Positions 25,605 through 27,521 of a DNA stretch of 27,521 nucleotides are shown piece after piece. The notes under the pieces were generated by a model. That model worked only from the letters and a program-made list of their open reading frames with translations, did no database searches and was not told the DNA's origin. Numbering within the stretch: position 1 is the first letter of the stretch; each line of letters begins with the position of its first letter. The position numbers and the translations under genes were made by a program. The DNA comes from Trichoplax adhaerens. Taxonomy: Eukaryota; Animalia; Placozoa. The stretch covers positions 11,655-39,175 of the forward strand of contig NW_002060992.1 in the NCBI RefSeq assembly GCF_000150275.1, written 5' to 3'.

Positions 25605-27514
25605 ATGTATAATCCACGTAAATTGAGTATCATTGTCTATGTTGGAGCCGTAGCTATGCTTTTTGGTGGTCTATTTACTTATATTTCCAACCAAGTTATG
25701 ATGCGGAGTTGTGAAAATATATTTATGATAGATCTTGGATTGATGGGACTTCTTGTAAGTCGAATTTTACTTTAGTTTGTTAAGATTATTTTTATCTTTA
25801 CGGAATGTAATATAAAAATAGCATAATAGTTGCAGCCGAAATGGAAGAATCGACTTACGTAATATCGGCTACTTTTCTAATTTATTTTTCTGAGTAGTCG
25901 AATAAACTTCTTAAGAGTACTATCTCCTTACGTAACCAAAATAACTTTTAGTAACTAGCTTGGATTATTATAACTTATCTATAGGCTCTTACACTTGCTA
26001 CAGCTTTGCTAAAAGTAAACGATCTAGCTACAACTTCAACAACTCAGGTACGGTAATTTATTTCGATATCGCTTTCGATTAAATCTTTAATTTCTTAACA
26101 ACAAATTTTTCACCCTATTTTATATTATATTCGATCTTAATCGATTAAAACTCCAATAATTATTTTAAAATTAACGTTAATCGTCTAGGCTTCCGGTCTT
26201 ACTGCTCTAGCTGTCATTATATCTGCTGCATCGCCCGCAATATTGGCCAGATTAGTCATAGCCTTTTTTTCAAGCGCCGTTAATTCTTCGTTAGGATTTT
26301 TTGTACCAGTATCAATCGCTATCGCGGGCTTTGTTTCCGTAGCAGCTATTTCTATCTATGTGGCTGTTAAGCAAAATCGTCGTATCTATTCTGACGATAA
26401 TGAATATTCGCTAGTTCAAACTCCATTCAATAAAGCGGTACTTTTCTGGGCGATGATAGTAACTAGTCTAGCTATTTTTGGGCTATCTGTTGCTATATTT
26501 ATGGAACGGTGGTATCTATATCACGTTGTCACGGCTAATTTCCATGCTATTATGGTAAGTTTTATCTTGATAAGTGGATAATTTCAGTTTCTTGCCAGCT
26601 TGTTTCTTGTATTTTCTCCAATTTAAAATAATTACAAGTTATCAGCCAAAGTAGTGTAAAAACTTACATCGCTTACACAAACTAATAAAAGCTGTCTTTG
26701 ACATTTTATGTTTCAATTTTAGCTTTTCGCTACTGGAATTCTAGGCCTCATTGCTCACAAAAAACAAGTTGTTGATTTGGTGAGCGTAACTTTACTAGCG
26801 TCGAAAGAACATTATCATGTATTTTATCGCCGTTTTAATAAATAGTAGTGATTTATTCCTAATTAAGAACTTGCTGTCATTGGAAGATTATTACGATACA
26901 CTTTATGTCTGTTTTAGTAATATGAATGTTTTATTTTGTAATTAGGGTGTCTGGACTAAAACTTTTACTAACTTTACTGCTGGAATCAGTGCTGCATCGA
27001 CTATTGCTATGGTTCAAACTCTCGTCCGCTATGCTAACCAACCGGGAGATACGAAATGGGAACGATTCGATTTTACAATTTTAACACTTTGCCAAACTCT
27101 ATTTACCTTCATTGGATTGATCCTATCCTCCGTTGCGATCGTAGCTACCGATAACGTCCTAAATAAAGCGCCAAAACTTACTAAATCGTCAGATATTGAT
27201 ACTATGAATGTCGGTATGTTGGTCTCCGCATCAGTTGCAGGAGCTGTTGCAATCTTTAATATGGCAATTATGAATTATCCTGTTTACGGATTTCCACCTG
27301 TAGTTGTAGCTATCATGGTCAGTTATTAACATTTATAACAATCACAGATCGATTATTTTATATCAATAATAGAAGGTGTAATGAATCGATTCTTTTAACT
27401 ATTTCCATATTTACTTAATTATAACCTACTAAATTAGCTTAAATGTCACANATATAGGTTATTGTAACAGCTAAACACGGAATTGATATCCAAACTACAG
27501 ATAACGGGATAGCG
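25605..27514 (+). CDS. Paralogue 4: multipass membrane protein (putative triple MS4A/CD20-like), exons 1-6; last exon beyond window
   Basis: Phase-0 GT-AG exons: 25605-25754 (MYNPRKLSIIVYVGAVAMLFGG...LMGLL), 25985-26047, 26189-26554, 26723-26779 (LFATGILGLIAHKKQVVDL), 26946-27317, 27458-27514 (VIVTAKHGIDIQTTDNGIA|gtaagc). Continuous ORF, homologous exon-for-exon to paralogue 3. Confidence 0.92.
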
Positions 27515-27521
27515 GTAAGCT

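Overview
AT-rich, intron-containing eukaryotic DNA that looks like an invertebrate animal; the species cannot be determined from the sequence. There is a 461-N assembly gap at 13528-13988. Left part (1-8.6 kb): a ~1.6-2.1 kb direct segmental duplication (137-2286 vs 5722-7325). Each copy is followed by an array of a ~250-bp tandem repeat, 14 units in total. Every unit carries YAG-NNN-GTAAGT or a decayed version of it: a 3' splice site, three hypervariable bases and a 5' splice site, which suggests an amplified 3-nt microexon cassette. Copy A also holds a 561-bp TG..CA solo-LTR-like insertion that is absent from copy B. Right part (12-27.5 kb): a + strand tandem cluster of four paralogues of a 7-exon, all-phase-0, ~440-aa multipass membrane protein. 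Two are pseudogenes, one has intact exons 2-7, and one is intact but runs off the window. Exon layout and motifs suggest three MS4A/CD20-like four-TM modules fused in one polypeptide (~12 TM). Most ORFs in the supplied track are exon fragments, antisense shadows or gap artefacts.
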